In this document: positions 37,401 through 51,600 of the stretch, piece after piece
How the letters are laid out: every line of letters starts with the position of its first letter
Position numbering within the stretch: the first letter of the stretch is position 1
Assembly: GCF_964204645.1 (NCBI RefSeq)
Contig: NC_134026.1
Span: 19,378,150-19,442,149 of the forward strand
Length of the DNA: 64,000 nt
Reading direction: 5' to 3'
Source of the DNA: Tubulanus polymorphus
Taxonomy: Eukaryota > Animalia > Nemertea
Made by a program: the position numbers and the translations under genes
The notes under the pieces: model-generated
Databases searched by the model: none
What the model was told of the DNA's origin: nothing
What the model saw: only the letters and a program-made list of their open reading frames with translations

Positions 37401-39952
37401 GTGTTCATACGTGTCCGTGATTACGAGAGAAATCCCACAATAACGAAGCCAAGATTGAAAAAAATCCATATCAGAATGATTGAGGAGCGAAATTTTGGCT
37501 AACAACTGTTAGCCATCATCAGGCGTACTGAGAACAAAATAAAATAACATGATATTTATACAAGAATTTGACAAATGATTAAGATTAGATGATTAAGATT
37601 AAAGTAATCAAAAAACGAAAACCGGAATACTAAGGAAGAAAACAAAGAAGGCAAACGACAAACTATAGGGGATGGAGTGCGAGATTAAAGTAATCTAAAA
37701 ACAAAGCCCAGAGGGTTCGAGGGTGTCCGTGATTATGTGACTTCAAAAAGCAGGTCTACGCATCTATGAAATCATTCATTCCAGCTACAACATCATGTTC
37801 CTTTCGATATGTCCGGTCTTAACTGCAACTCGATGATTTTTATGAAAAATCATAAAATGCTCACATCTAACGACACTTGAGATGCGAGTATAGGCTATGT
37901 GAACTAGAAGGTGGTGGAGACATACAATTATGAGTGGTATTTTTGTGGAACGACAAAAGATCCGTGATAATAGCCATGCTGACTCATTCAGTTTTCGACA
38001 AGTATCATAATTCCCTAGCAATGACCCGTATTTTTATTCAAGGGAGACATGGGTTACCCGAATTGAATTATTTTCAATAAGAATATCCATCAGTCTGTTT
38101 GTGTGTGCGTAAATTCATTCTACAAATGGGCTTCTTTGATATTTTGTTTGATTCACAAGCTAATATATATACAATCGACTGCGACACAGATACGAGTCGT
38201 GGAAAACTGTCAATCAAATAGGTGTTATTGTGGAGCATTGCCGCTTAATGTACTTAGGAGTCAAGGTCTTGATTGAGTTTTAAGGCCAGCTTAAGTCCAT
38301 GTTGATTCCATACCCATAATCTAACAATCTAAGACTATGGACTCTCAGCATTTCAAAATTCATGCTTAGAACAATATGAATTCAAGCCGCAGCCAAATTT
38401 CCTTACTGCTGTTTTGGTATAAAAGAACAGAGACGGTATGTATATGTATATCTTTGTTTACACAAACGTATGGGCGGGTATCTCAGCCCGATCTGGTTCT
38501 TTCCAATTTTGATATAACATAAAGTAGCCCACAAAAAATGAACCTCCCCAATCGCTGGTCGATGCAAGCTGGATACAATATCCGAACCGGAACCGAAATG
38601 TCCAATACATCCATTCAAAAATAATATGATTTGACCATTCATTTCTTGTACCTCGATTTCCATTTTCAAAGTCTAAGTCTAAGGCTTCGTTCCCGACAGT
38701 TGGAGTGGTTTGAAAGGACGCACTTAGAAAATAAAAGATACCGAAATGTACATAAAAGGGTGTGTCACATCACCCCGACATGTGGAGGCTAGCATTATAG
38801 CGGGGATTGTTGCAATGTAGGTTGACTGAATGGAAGTCGATCGATAGAAAGACACACACTTATGAGATTCTTTCTTCAAAAACGGTCGGTCAGGTGTTTT
38901 TTCCCGTTAGAATGAATATGTATGGCGAAAAACACGTGCCGCTGTGATAACTTAGTGCTTCCGGCGAAATTAATCCGGACACGTGCTGTTACGCGCTCAG
39001 GCGACGTTTTGTTCTACCAGAATACAATACTGATGTAAAAAGTCCCGACGATCTACACGGGTTATCACAGTGCAGGCGGTGAGCGATGTGATTTTATGAT
39101 AAACACGTATACTGCGCCAGACGCATCCTTTCCAGTGTTGAGTAATCTGGTGTTCTACTGCATTGTGGGCTCTAAAGGTGGGCATAGGTCGTTGCTGCGC
39201 CTGTGACGCGGTCGTCGTGGATGCTGTGCAAAGCGGTCTCTGTCAGTTGCACGAGCAGCACAAATCGGCTGCGACTGGACCGCATTGAGTCGCAGAAATA
39301 GAACATTAACGAATGGCATCGCCAGCAGTCACAAGGCGTCGCTCGCTGGTAGCTGCAAGGGTGCATAAATAGGTCTTAGCGATGCGATTCTCTGCGAAGA
39401 AGTCGCTTGTAGACGCTAGGCCTACCTATATCAGGCATAAAACGAATTTAGAGTCATGTTTGAGAGTGCATGACTCTTTTGACCAGTGAACAGGTCAATA
39501 ACATGATTGATTTGAATTTTCTGGATCTAATCAAATCAGTCGACGTATTTGAACAAATTGGGCGATTTCTATCGATAAAAACGAATTTATAAAAAATTTA
39601 CAAACACGTATGGATGCAACTCGCAAGAAAATTTAATCCATGAAAACTATAGGCAGGATATGGAGGAAGTTGGCAATTCAATTATTACGAGGCAGTAATG
39701 GAAATTGAATTGAATTGGATTATCGTTGGCTGTTGTGACAAACGAGGGTCTGGTTTTTATCATCATGCTCGCCGATCGAATTTCGATATTGCTCGTTATT
39801 GGAAGAAATAATTATTTTGTCCCCCGAGTGACAACTATAAAAACGTTAGAGACAGCCTGCGGCGTGCGTGGTACTGATACAAAGGGAAATACTCTTTTAC
39901 AAAATAAATTTTCACGTCAGAATAATATCAGCTCATTTCTCATCCAAACTGG

Positions 39953-40215
39953 CCAGGGGCAGATCCAGAATTCGAGCAGAGGGAGGTCAAGCGTAGTGTT
40001 TTCCCAGATAAGTTTTTTTAGATATTCAAATGAAAAATGCATCCATAGAATGCGTTCATTACCTAGAGTAATTTCCGACTAACAGCAATCGATATATATT
40101 CTAATTGTGGTGGTTAGTTTCATCATTAATATATGATCGATGCACTATCAGAAATTTTCGAACATGAGCGGGGGGGGGGGGGGTCGAGATCCCCTCCCCT
40201 CTTGGATCCGCCCCG
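39953..40215. mobile_element. hAT-like MITE
   Basis: caggggcagatccag ... ttggatccgccccg with G/C-run subtermini. Confidence 0.55.
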
Positions 40216-43200
40216 ATGCTGGCTGAAAAAACCTATACTACAAATCTCTCAGCATAGATTAATTTTGCCAAGCAAATATTTGATAAAAGAAATGAATAAT
40301 TTTGCAGGATGGTATTTGCATTACACGAATATTCGATTATTATAACGTAGTAACTAAACATCACCCTCTGAAGCATGCGTTTTGCACCTTATACGAATAA
40401 AACAACGTTTCACGCGGTCGTGTCACAATGAGTGACATCAGTCAAAATGCTTTCAAAACTATCGGGGCAACGTTTGAAAAAGATATTTTATAAATCATAC
40501 TCTAAATAAATGCAAAAAGTATAAATTTGTATGAATGGCACACTGACCACGAATATATGCAATGATAAAATTTCGAGCTCTAGTTTTATCTGTCAAACTA
40601 AAAATCCTAGATTTTCCAAATCTTAGCGAGATTTCTTACGTATACGAATGGAAATTCGTTGTTTATTTACTGTCGTTTCGAAGCATGACATCAATTACGG
40701 TTTCTACTAAACAGTCAGTGCATCCTTTTCATAGTCCCTAAACATTCTGACTAATGGTTGGGGATATCTATACAATCCCGTTTCATTAGTCCTCGTTCTA
40801 AAATCTTACGTCATTTCCCTTTTCCACCGTGTTTTGACCCTTGTCATCCCTAACGTTGGTATAAGTCCATCCGATCATAAAAGCCTCCCACCAACGATTA
40901 GGTATTTTCTCATGGTACAGCTTCGCGTTTATCTATACATCGTCTCGATCTGAAAATTGCCGCTGCCACCATATTCGTCATGATATCATCGCGGAGTCGT
41001 GACTTTTGAAATTTGACATTTCTAATCAAGAACACCGTGGCGTGGGAGCCGGTGATAAATTCCGCAGTCAGAGCATTTTCTAACTATCAAATTCCTGATA
41101 TGTTTTGTTTTTGTTTCTGATAAACCCATTCACCGGGGTAAGTAAGTACACTCTACACGACTTTTCACATTCCTACCGATTTGCATTTAGGCCTACGCTT
41201 GTCGGCAACACATCACAAAGGATTTCGAAAAATAATCGAAGACCCCCACCAACCGGTAAAGAGAAAAATGAAATATAATCGTCCTCCCCCTCGTATTCTA
41301 AGTGTATCGAATGTTTGCGCAATATTTTTTCTAATATTCCATGAATATTTCTCATGTCAGACTTTCATAATACCGACTCGCTGCCATCTTTACACCGCAG
41401 CCAAATCAATCCTCTTTTATTCATTCTATTCAAGTATGATGGCATCTCCTAAGCTGATTAACGAAAAGGATTAAACCGAATTCAAAAAGCATTATGGACT
41501 TTATTTTCTTAGTAGATTTTTTCTTCTAATACGTCCATTATACAATCGCTTTACGGGATTTGCTGCCGTTCGATCGCAGACGTCTCTATACGGTAGAAAA
41601 TATACGCGGGCTTCTTCAAACAGAAATACATTTACGATCACAACGGAACAGTTGTTTCTTAATAGCTTTTAATGTTTAATGTATGTCTTTTGTGAGTTTT
41701 TCGGTCAAAAAAGCCGCCACCAGCCGTTCGTACGATCTATCATTGTCGCAGGTGTTTTACAAAGAATTGCCACATGACGATTTGAAGAAGATAATTATAT
41801 AAATTAAACTTCGTTTTGACGCGCTGAATATCAACGATTAATCATAGTAAAATATCTTATTGATAAATAATGGAGTCAATTAGAATACGGTGATTCATTG
41901 ATGAAAACGCTGAGACCGGTTTCTCAAAGAGGGTTTAAGATCGGTGGTTAATTAAGAGTACCAAGATGGTCTTGAACTGGTCTTAAATCTAACAGGGGCG
42001 GATCTAGGGTCTGATTCGTGGAGGGTTGCACGAGGGGCTTAGGACTCATCACACATTCTCACTCGTTCTGTTCATCATGGTCTTATTCATCTTGACAATA
42101 ACTGTCGTTTATTGATGACGATATAGACATGTCTATACGATTATACATTAATTAACACATCTAAAATAATTTTCATTATCAATTTCTTGCACGGTCTTGC
42201 GTGTTGATTCAACTCTTCGAAAGGCTCGACATGTGGCACCCCTCGTTGTTTGGAAACAACATAGTGTGGCACCAACTTCGACTTGTTGAACGATAATATG
42301 CATTATGTATACGGGAACCCCTGCCGTGCGAAAAACGAATATGCCCATATGTCCGCGGTCGTGTCAAGGGTCCTACATGCTCGCTCGATGCACGCGTGTC
42401 ATCGATATACATGTATTGGAATACGTATATGACATACGATATCGAATATCGTAGTGGGGACGAATTGTCGCATTCTGTTACTTGTTTTTGAAATACTATA
42501 CGCAACCATCAATTTTAGATTTTATTGCAGAAGACTATATATGAATTATGACTACTTGAATATCTATCTTCTTGGCTTATTCTATATTGCCACCGACTCA
42601 AAGATTCGTGTGTGATGTGAAAACACCACCAGATTCTGAAAACTTGTAAACCTTTAGAATGTAGACTTTTAACAATATGTACATAACCGCTATTTTTACG
42701 TAATAATAATGCTTTTTATGTTTTCGTTTCGAGACCACATGATGTCCCCGGACGATTTGTGGTCCTCCATTCTGTATTGTAATTGTTTATGTTCATAATA
42801 AAATCTCAATGGTTAAAACGATATTTATGACTGAAAAACTGAAACTAAACTGAAACTGAATTATAAATTCATCGCAAAGTATACATGGTGTTGAGGCGGT
42901 GGACGGGAAAAACTCAATCAACTGAAATATCAGTCCATAAACTTGTTTTCCAATTTGTCTGAGAATAAATCGTCATTCATATTATGTCAGTTATGTCAGG
43001 GAACTAATTATAGATTTAGATTGAATAGGTATTTACCGTACCGAAGGGTTTCAACGCGAAAAGGCCATTTTGCGGTTGACTTTTCTTCGTCTTGCGTCGT
43101 CTTTTGAAAAGCCTGAATGGAATATATATTATTGGATTTGCGGACAAAGACGTCGCGGTTTTGTAACACTTGACGAGTCGAGTAGCATTTGCAGTATTCC

Positions 43201-45985
43201 GGTAAATATAGTATTTATGCGACTTACGTATTACGTCATGGAAAGTGAAAAACATATTCGAATTAGTGTTTCACGCATTATATGAGCTTATGAATGACCT
43301 TCATCGGTCGACATAACTAGACGTCACCTCCCTGCCACGACAAATGATATGATAAGGTCTATCGATATTGTGTATCACATTTTATCATTCTGTTTCCATA
43401 TTTCAACTCCCTTGAAAATATCTAAAACCTGTTTGGAGGCTTGAATAGAATTATATCAAATTTCTTCGAAATCCTCATGTTTTGTATACATAGACATTTA
43501 TACAGCTCATCAGGTTTGGTAAATATGCGAATATTGCCTAGAAAATCTTCAAAGTTATCACTATTAAAAGAGCGTTATTTCTTCTATCAAGACAATCACG
43601 TGTTGATGATATGGTAAAAGGTTCCCAGTGTGTCCTAACCGGTGAAAAGTGCCTCAACCAACATATGCATTTATTTCGATTTAACAACATAATCTGAATA
43701 CGCCTCAAACATGTAACACTTATAGCGCACGGAAGTCGATCTTTTCTACGTACTAGTTCGGATTTTAAATATATGTTTCGTTGTTGAAAACTGTTTTATT
43801 CCGAGTTGATTTTCTAGGAAGTTACGTCAACGTTTCATCATGGACCCTTAGTTATAAGCGCCGTACCCGATCCCACGGGAGGCGCTCGTACGCCTACTGA
43901 CTGCAAGCTGCTGATCAAACCCCCAACATCAAAATGTCCAAAGGTGAACGATTTTTGTCAATTACCATTATTCTTAGAGATGCAGGTATATCTTATGATC
44001 GCCTTTATACACAGAGATGTACAGTTATATCATGATTCAGGGCTTTCACTTTCTGAACTGAACCGACTCATTCATTTTAGCCTATTTCATTCAATATAAA
44101 GCCGTCTAACCCCAGATTGTTTAGATACAAATTCCACGAAGATACATACCTTGCTAATTCCTTAAAAAGGCTATCCGTGATTGAATTGTGTGATTATCCC
44201 GACCAGGCGTTACTTTTCAATTCGGTGACATCGTGGTAATCCATGATTTACGAGAGTGATCGCGTTAATTGTGCGCGCCTTCTTGTCGAACGGACAAATG
44301 CGTGAAAACCAGGCGAGCTTTCTCGCGTCGAAGCTGTGATCAGTCGCGACTGAGCTACCACCACGACGCGTGCGACAGGTGATGGTACTGATCGTGATCT
44401 AGATAACGATCATTTAGATAATGGTGATCATCGAAACGCTAATATTTCATAACTATTCAATCAACAAGAGACAAGTGTATAGTGATTAACGATAAACGTT
44501 CATCAGCGCGTATTTTTGAATATTGTTCCGATGACAAAAGTGCCTCCAATTTTCTCGCACGGCGTAGCAACACGACGACGTCGGGGGTAGCGTTGACCGG
44601 GCGAACTCGAACGGATAATGACCTCTAGAAATGCGTGGCACTGATCTTGATTACGTTTGTCCCGAAACATTCACAAAATTTGCTATATCCCTATGGTCAA
44701 ACATGTCGCGAGTCTAAATTATAAATGCATGCATATCTTAAACCCATTCATTGTACAACGGACTCTAAGAAGTCAATGATTGTAATGATAATTCGAAAGT
44801 CGCTATAATTATACGCTATCATAATCATGTCTAGTGATTATAGAATTAGTGAAGTACTAGCCTGCGGAATCTCTTGCCGCAATAAACATAATGAGTGAAA
44901 ATCTGTCAACCACCGAGATCGGGACTCGAATCACGGACGAAGGCAGTCGTCTGAACAGGATTTTTTCTTCTTTAATTCATTGAAGAATCGCATTCTTTCT
45001 ATCCCGGAAATGCTTTTTCTTTATACGATTGCATTTTAGCCAATAATTCAATTTGGCATGATAAGAGAGATAGAGACTGACGCACAGAAATTGAATGTCA
45101 CACCGGGACGTCCTTAGTCGTGTAAATTGACTGATATTGTCAGCGATCTAGACTTGACATAAAATAACCGAGTTATTCCATAGTTAATCCATAGCGCGTC
45201 CGCTGACTAGACAACCCCCAACCGCGAGCTCGTTAATAGACCCCTTCTTACTATATGGCATCGCAGGTCGCGGCGAACAGCGAGTGGGTTCGATATTAAT
45301 TATGACACCGTATTGAACGTCAAAATAGCTGTTGTTCTATAGCAGAATTATCAAGAACTATCCGCTCAATAGAAAATCAGGAAGGCACTTTCTATGGAAG
45401 CTGATGGATCAATTCGCTGGAACAGTATGGAGCGTGTATTTTCAATTCTTCTTTTCTCTTCGTGGCAGCTGCGGCAGTCAATTTGTACGCATTACGCGTG
45501 TATATCCTTGCGAAATGGATGAACAAAAAAACGGTTCACCCTATCTGTCAAATCCACTGAGTCAGATATCTTTCTTTGTGTAAAATGACCGCGTGTTCAT
45601 ACTGAAGTGTCATCTATGGAAAAAAGCTGCAATCAAAATCTTAACTATGGTGGCTGATTCGGGCCATTATATGAAATCACTGGTACGCAAATGAGGGTGC
45701 TAAAACGCTAGAGCACAGATTGTTTGATAAAAGAAAATATTGAGAAATGGAGTCGCATAATCTAAAAAGAGTCTTTTATTTCATGTCATTTTTGTTCATG
45801 ACAGGGTCAGATGCTACATGACTTTGGCTCTTATAAACAATTTGCCGAAACGTTATCTAGTAAATAGTTTCGTTATGAATGTATTTTCATAGCCTTTTCA
45901 GCAATCAAATTGAAGAGTATGATATAGAAAAGTCAACAGTTGGTTGAATGATAAGGCGTGATCTACTTGTGCGTTAGTTAGATAC

Positions 45986-47980
45986 CTACAAGTCACCGCC
46001 GTGCACTTGTTTCGGTGCCTTTTCTCCTGCCGGTATGATGAAATTGTCCAGTTCCTTGTTGACTTCGCGCCAAACTCGCATGAAGTTGGCCGTGTCATCG
46101 CCACCGTTCGGATCGCAGTTGACATCTTTACCAGTGGCCGGGTCCACGAATTTGTGTCCACACGGACAGACGCGTCTAAAGAATACAACAACAATAAATT
46201 CAACCTTGTTCTCTGATCGACAGACATTATCTGTATCAATGAAGGGATTTAAAAATACCGATTTTTGATAAACAAGCTACAAATTATAGAAAATACATAT
46301 ACTGCGCAATCAATATGGACGTTTCTTTCCTTATAATTCCAAGATGGACTCAATTAAGATAAATGCCATTTGGGTTTGGAGTGTTATCTCTTGAGATTTG
46401 ATTTGAAAGGTGGGACATTTCAATCGAGAGAATAATCTCGTGAATATGGACCACCAGTTCCTCCGAATCCTGGCAATTTCTATTTCTACAATATCTTATA
46501 TAAGCCAGCAATGTCTCTTATAGTTTGGAGATATCACCCGATGTATTAGGTTAAGGACATAGTGCGGAATTTCATTTTCGATATACTTACACACATTTTG
46601 CTCCCGGGTGAGTTGGACACATCGCGAGATACGGGTGACAGGGGTCCACTGGGCAGTCGACTTTTGGGCAGATAGAAGCTCCTGTAGAAAAGACAAGAAT
46701 TGAAGTAAATTCAAGGGGTGTCTGTCTTTCGGTTCGACAATAGCAAATTGGTATGCCCATATTCGAAATTATTACGTCTTTATTAATCTAATTTGTAATG
46801 CCCAGGTATTCCTGTAGTTATCTGCAAATTTACTTAATTGACGGCTAAGGACATTCGAGTACAAATGGATTCTATTATTGATGAAATATCGTTTCTCATT
46901 GCCATTTCGCAGTGCACCGTATTTTTTTGCACGCGTATTTACCTTCTGGGTTACATTCACATGTCGGGCATCCTTTGCTGTCGAGTTTATTACCAAAGGG
47001 GCAATAATTATCACAGGGCGCTGGACATTTATCTAAAAGTTAAACGAATCAACGATTCATTCGATGACCAGTCACATATAGCGTATCACATCAAAAATGC
47101 ATGTCTTTTTGTATAACTCAATCGTATTCTACATCGTTTTTAAACGGAGTATCGTGATTTATTTCCAGGATCCAACTCCACAGCGGTGAGGTAAAATAAG
47201 AATCTAAAACAATTGAAAATGTACTAACTCATAAGTTGAAACAAACCCAGAAATGTGCCCGGATTGCTAGTGAGGAATGTAATGGTATACGTATTTACAA
47301 AAACTGGGTAAATTGCATCTTTATCTGAGTGCGCAATGTTGATAGTTTTACGGAAAGCAGAAATACCTTGTGGTATTACACCCGATTATTTGAAGCAAGG
47401 CAAACTTACGACCGGTTGCCGGATTGGCATCTATGACTGGTACTCGACGAAAATACTTCGGATCTGGCGGTGGAAGATCGTACTTTTCCCAGACCTTCGA
47501 GTTGGCCGGCTGGTCATACAGGCTGTGCATGGGCTGGGGAATCTTGACGGACCTCAATGGAGATGTAACGACCAATTCTGTTCGGCCATGATGGGCATGG
47601 AAGAGAAAAGGTTTCGAAAGATCGTAGGCTAATGATAACATGAAATTAGCGTGAGGTTGAATAAGATCAAGAAGCTTTTCTACAAATTCTACAAATCCTC
47701 ATAAAAAAAACTAGGGATAAAGCTCTGATATATCTCTGGTTCGATGATACAAAGTGTGAATGTGCAATTCAAAGCGTTTACTGTTGATAGGATAATGACA
47801 CGTATAGTTGATTATTGTTGAAACGAGATTCCAAAGTGTATTCCAGTAATGATTTCAAACACCATTTGAAAACCGGACTGCCGAGCTTTTTGCACGTACA
47901 TACATACCGCATTTGTTTGACACCAGGTAGTAGATGAGACACAACGGCAGATTTATTTTCATATTTCTCATGGAAACCAT
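45986..47980 (-). CDS. Secreted Cys-rich protein with an antistasin-like repeat, 220 aa, 5 exons
   Basis: Exons 47980-47908 (MVSMRNMKINLPLCLIYYLVSNKCA, signal-like), 47628-47410 (Pro-rich), 47032-46943 (KCPAPCDNYCPFGNKLDSKGCPTCECNP), 46681-46591 (CPKVDCPVDPCHPYLAMCPTHPGAKCV) and 46175-45986 (RVCPCGHKFVDPATGKDVNC...HGGDL*). All GT-AG with compatible phases, 663 nt total; minus-strand AATAAA at ~45775. Confidence 0.82.
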
Positions 47981-48602
47981 CTTCGTTTCGTCATTGATAT
48001 TTCTATATCCCGACACGTAGATATAGTGCTAATTATAGTTATTAAGTGCATGACTTAGGCATTTGACGAGGAGACAGATGTTTCGCACCCTTCCCCGGTG
48101 GCGCGATTGTCGTACTTTTTTTTCTTTATATCAAAAGAAGGTGCATGTGATAGATAGATAGATATTTATTTTTCGTAAACCGTACATACAATATAATTGA
48201 TAATCGATACTATTATTTATTTTTTTTTCTCATAAATACATGATGTAGGTTCCGAGGGATACAGTGCGAGCCGAAAGGCTGTACTTCGAAAATTAAGGCA
48301 CTGAAATGTGTTATCTTTCATTCTCAATGTACTAAGAAAATGATATCTGGCATACTCGAAAATATGCTGAGAATCTTTCCCTGCCATTGTTTGTCTGTTT
48401 TTGTTCACATCTTTTTCAAATCTTTCAACAAGACCCATCTGTTATGGGCAAAAATCAATAGCACTTTAGAAGTCGGTTCGGAGCCCCTGGTGCGTCCAAA
48501 GTTGCATCATCTGCCCAAACAACTGGTGCCATCAGTTTTGTGTTATTCACGCTTTATCGTTCCAGCAAAGTGGGTGTCTTGGAAATCGCTTTCATTTTGA
48601 GG

Positions 48603-51600
48603 ATGGCGAGAACACGTTTACTTGTATTGGTGCTGATTGCCGCAATCGCTCTACTTCCCTTCTCGGTCAAAGGTACGTATGGCATAAGTATGGATATGTA
48701 TATTTCCTTTACTACTTCATTTACTTAGAGACAAAGACATGCAAAATATTGTTGAATTAAACGACACATACATATACATAACTATACGTGTATATAAGTT
48801 AGAGTGACTAAAATAACTTAGGTCAAACGAATGTTAAAGCTGTTATCCATTTAGGATGCATTTTTAGTAGGATTACCAATTATCATGAATAATTAAATTC
48901 TATATTTCTGTATAAATTCTCAGTAATGATTCAAAACTTCGTTAGTTACGCTTCGTAGGATTCAACCTTTCTTTCGAAATCATATATTAGTTGAGTGATT
49001 GATGTTTTCTCGCGTTCGTAAGGCCTTTTTTTAAATTGCTTGCAGCTCGGATTTTATTACCCAAAAAATGGAAGGGTGGAGGGAAAAAAATAAAAATTTT
49101 CCAAAAGACCTTGTAAAAAGTGGAAGGGTGAAGAGGAAAAAAAAAAATTTTATTTGTTTTCCTTTCAAACAGGAGTTTCATCGCATAATCTGGAAGGGTG
49201 AAGGGAAGAAAAACAAACAAAAAATAAAAAATTTCCCATTTATTGCCTGCTATTATGGGATATCCTGGAGGTATAAAAGAAAAAATATAAAATTGTTAAA
49301 TCACATATTTCTTTATTTCAGAACAGAACACAATCTTATTGATTTCCTTATTTTTTGCCCCTCCCAACCACGCACAGTCCAGCATCAAGGCACATAATGC
49401 AAATTGGACGCACAGTCTTGTATAATGCCTGTATCTACCATCGATGTCACATCAGACACCCTGAGACCAAGTGACAGCCTTGACAATCGCCTGTCAAGCT
49501 CTTTGCTTCCTTTCCAACAAATGAGTTGGAAAGCTGCCGCCGGCATTTTCGCTTGCCGAAATCCTACTATTTACCGAAAGAAACCTCGATGACAAACATC
49601 GGGAACGTTGAAAAAAGACACGACGGGAGGACGGAAAAACATAAAATTGTATTTTTTCTCTAATTTAGCGGTCATTGCAGAACGGCGGGCGGGAAAAATA
49701 AAAATATTTTTTCAAAAGTTCACACGGATTTTCAGCGCGGGTGAAGGGAAAAGAATTTAAAAAAAATGTTTCTTTTTTCCCAATTGACAGAAACGACAGC
49801 GCCGGATCCGTGCTGCAAGCAATTAAAAAAAGGCCTAACTAAAAATGAAGTGCTATCATTTTAGGGAATAATGGTAATGGCAAAGGCAATGGTGGCAATA
49901 GCAATGGTAAAAATGACAATGGCGATAGCAACGGAAATAGCAATGGCAATAGCAACGGCAATGGCAATGGTAATGACAATATTGCAACGGCAATAGGGTA
50001 CCACTAAAGGCTGGTTTTCACGAGCGGTGAAAACACCGAAAAATTGGCCCTGAGCTGGAAAACGCGGCAACTGGAAAAGGCTACAGCAAAAATTCTCAGC
50101 TGGAAATTGCTGGCTGGAAACAGCTCGTAAAAATGCTTGCCGCAGCGGTTTCCAGCTCTGCCACCAAAAAAGCTCGTGAAAACGGCCAAACTGCGGGAGC
50201 GGGTTCCAGCTACCAGCGGCAATTTCCAGCTATTGCATGCAATAGCTTTTTTGTCCAGTGACTGGAAACCGCTCGTAAAAACGCGTGCCACTGGTATTGA
50301 AATTCGGTTGTCTGGGCGACCATGCACATTCGTGCTTGTTGTTGCTCGGGGCGTTTTCACGCAGCTGGAAAAAGCTGCAGGAAAAAGCTGGCTGGAACCA
50401 GCTACGTGAACATGTGTGCCACTTAAGTCGTTTTCACGTAGCTGGAAAAAGCTGCAGGAAAAAGCTAGCTGGAAACCGTTGGTGAAAACAGCCTTAACGG
50501 TGATGGTAAAAGAATGCATGCATGCATGTGATACTATATAGATGATGATGCTTATATCAATTAAACCATAATCGATAGACGTAACAGGAAAACTAACATG
50601 AAAGTTTATTGATGCCTTGAAGAAAAATAACAAACCAGGCTAGCCGCAATATTGATGACGTAAGGCACGTGTGGTCAAAATTCATTATAAAAAGGATAAG
50701 CAAATTTATTGAATATGAATGAAAAATATAAGAGGCATAAAATGTATTCAATTACAAAGTTAGCGCCAAATTTACAATCGTGTAATTTTTTGCAACGCCA
50801 ATATTGATGATGTAGTGCACATCGACTCAAACAGAACCTCTAGAATAACGCATAGTAGTTATAAATGTAAAAGAACAATATTCTTTATCAAGGTATATCT
50901 GATACGTTGGCTATCGAACACCTCGATATCCTTGTTCGAGATATGGAGCGGGGCTTAGCGGGGCTTATGCACATACATTTGATCGATTGGTCTACATCAG
51001 TTGAAGTCATACGATTAACACTGAAGATTTATTTTCGATTGTGAAAATTCTTTCTGACAGGCAAAAAATGCGGAAGTCTGATATGTCCGGCCATCGTCTG
51101 CGATCACGGCCGAGTAGTCGATGCTAACGGATGTACGACGTGCGAATGTAAGCATTCATCTATTTTGTTTTGTTTAATTTATTAAAACTGTGTGTGCACA
51201 TTTGTAAATAGTAATGTTTGATGATGGTGATTTTGAAGACCCTTCTACAACTGAAGTCTCTACAAATTCAGTCAGTATCGAACGTGGAAATCTTCGGTCA
51301 AATCTTAAAATTGATGAATGACCTTCACCCCGCAGCTTGTAATGAATCCACCAACAAATTCGAGCCAGAAATGGTGATCACGATTTGAATCAACAGTTTA
51401 TATTTGATTCTATAGGAAAATACTCATTTCTTTAAAATATATCGTTGGGCATATAACATAACCATTCAGTCCCTTAGTCTCAACCTTGTGGCGAAAATCG
51501 TTATAATCCGTCCAAATCACAACGGACAGCGGTTTTCTATTATAACGACCAATGTCCGGCTCATATGGATCACTCCCAAACGCTGGTGTGATCGTTGCTT

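Noticed and set aside
49861-50070. Hydrophobic IAIAVAIAI ORF resembling a membrane peptide
   Set aside because: Translation of the hexamer microsatellite.
50004-50633. 209-aa minus-strand ORF
   Set aside because: Runs through a repetitive Harbinger-like MITE and has no recognisable domain or transposase motif.
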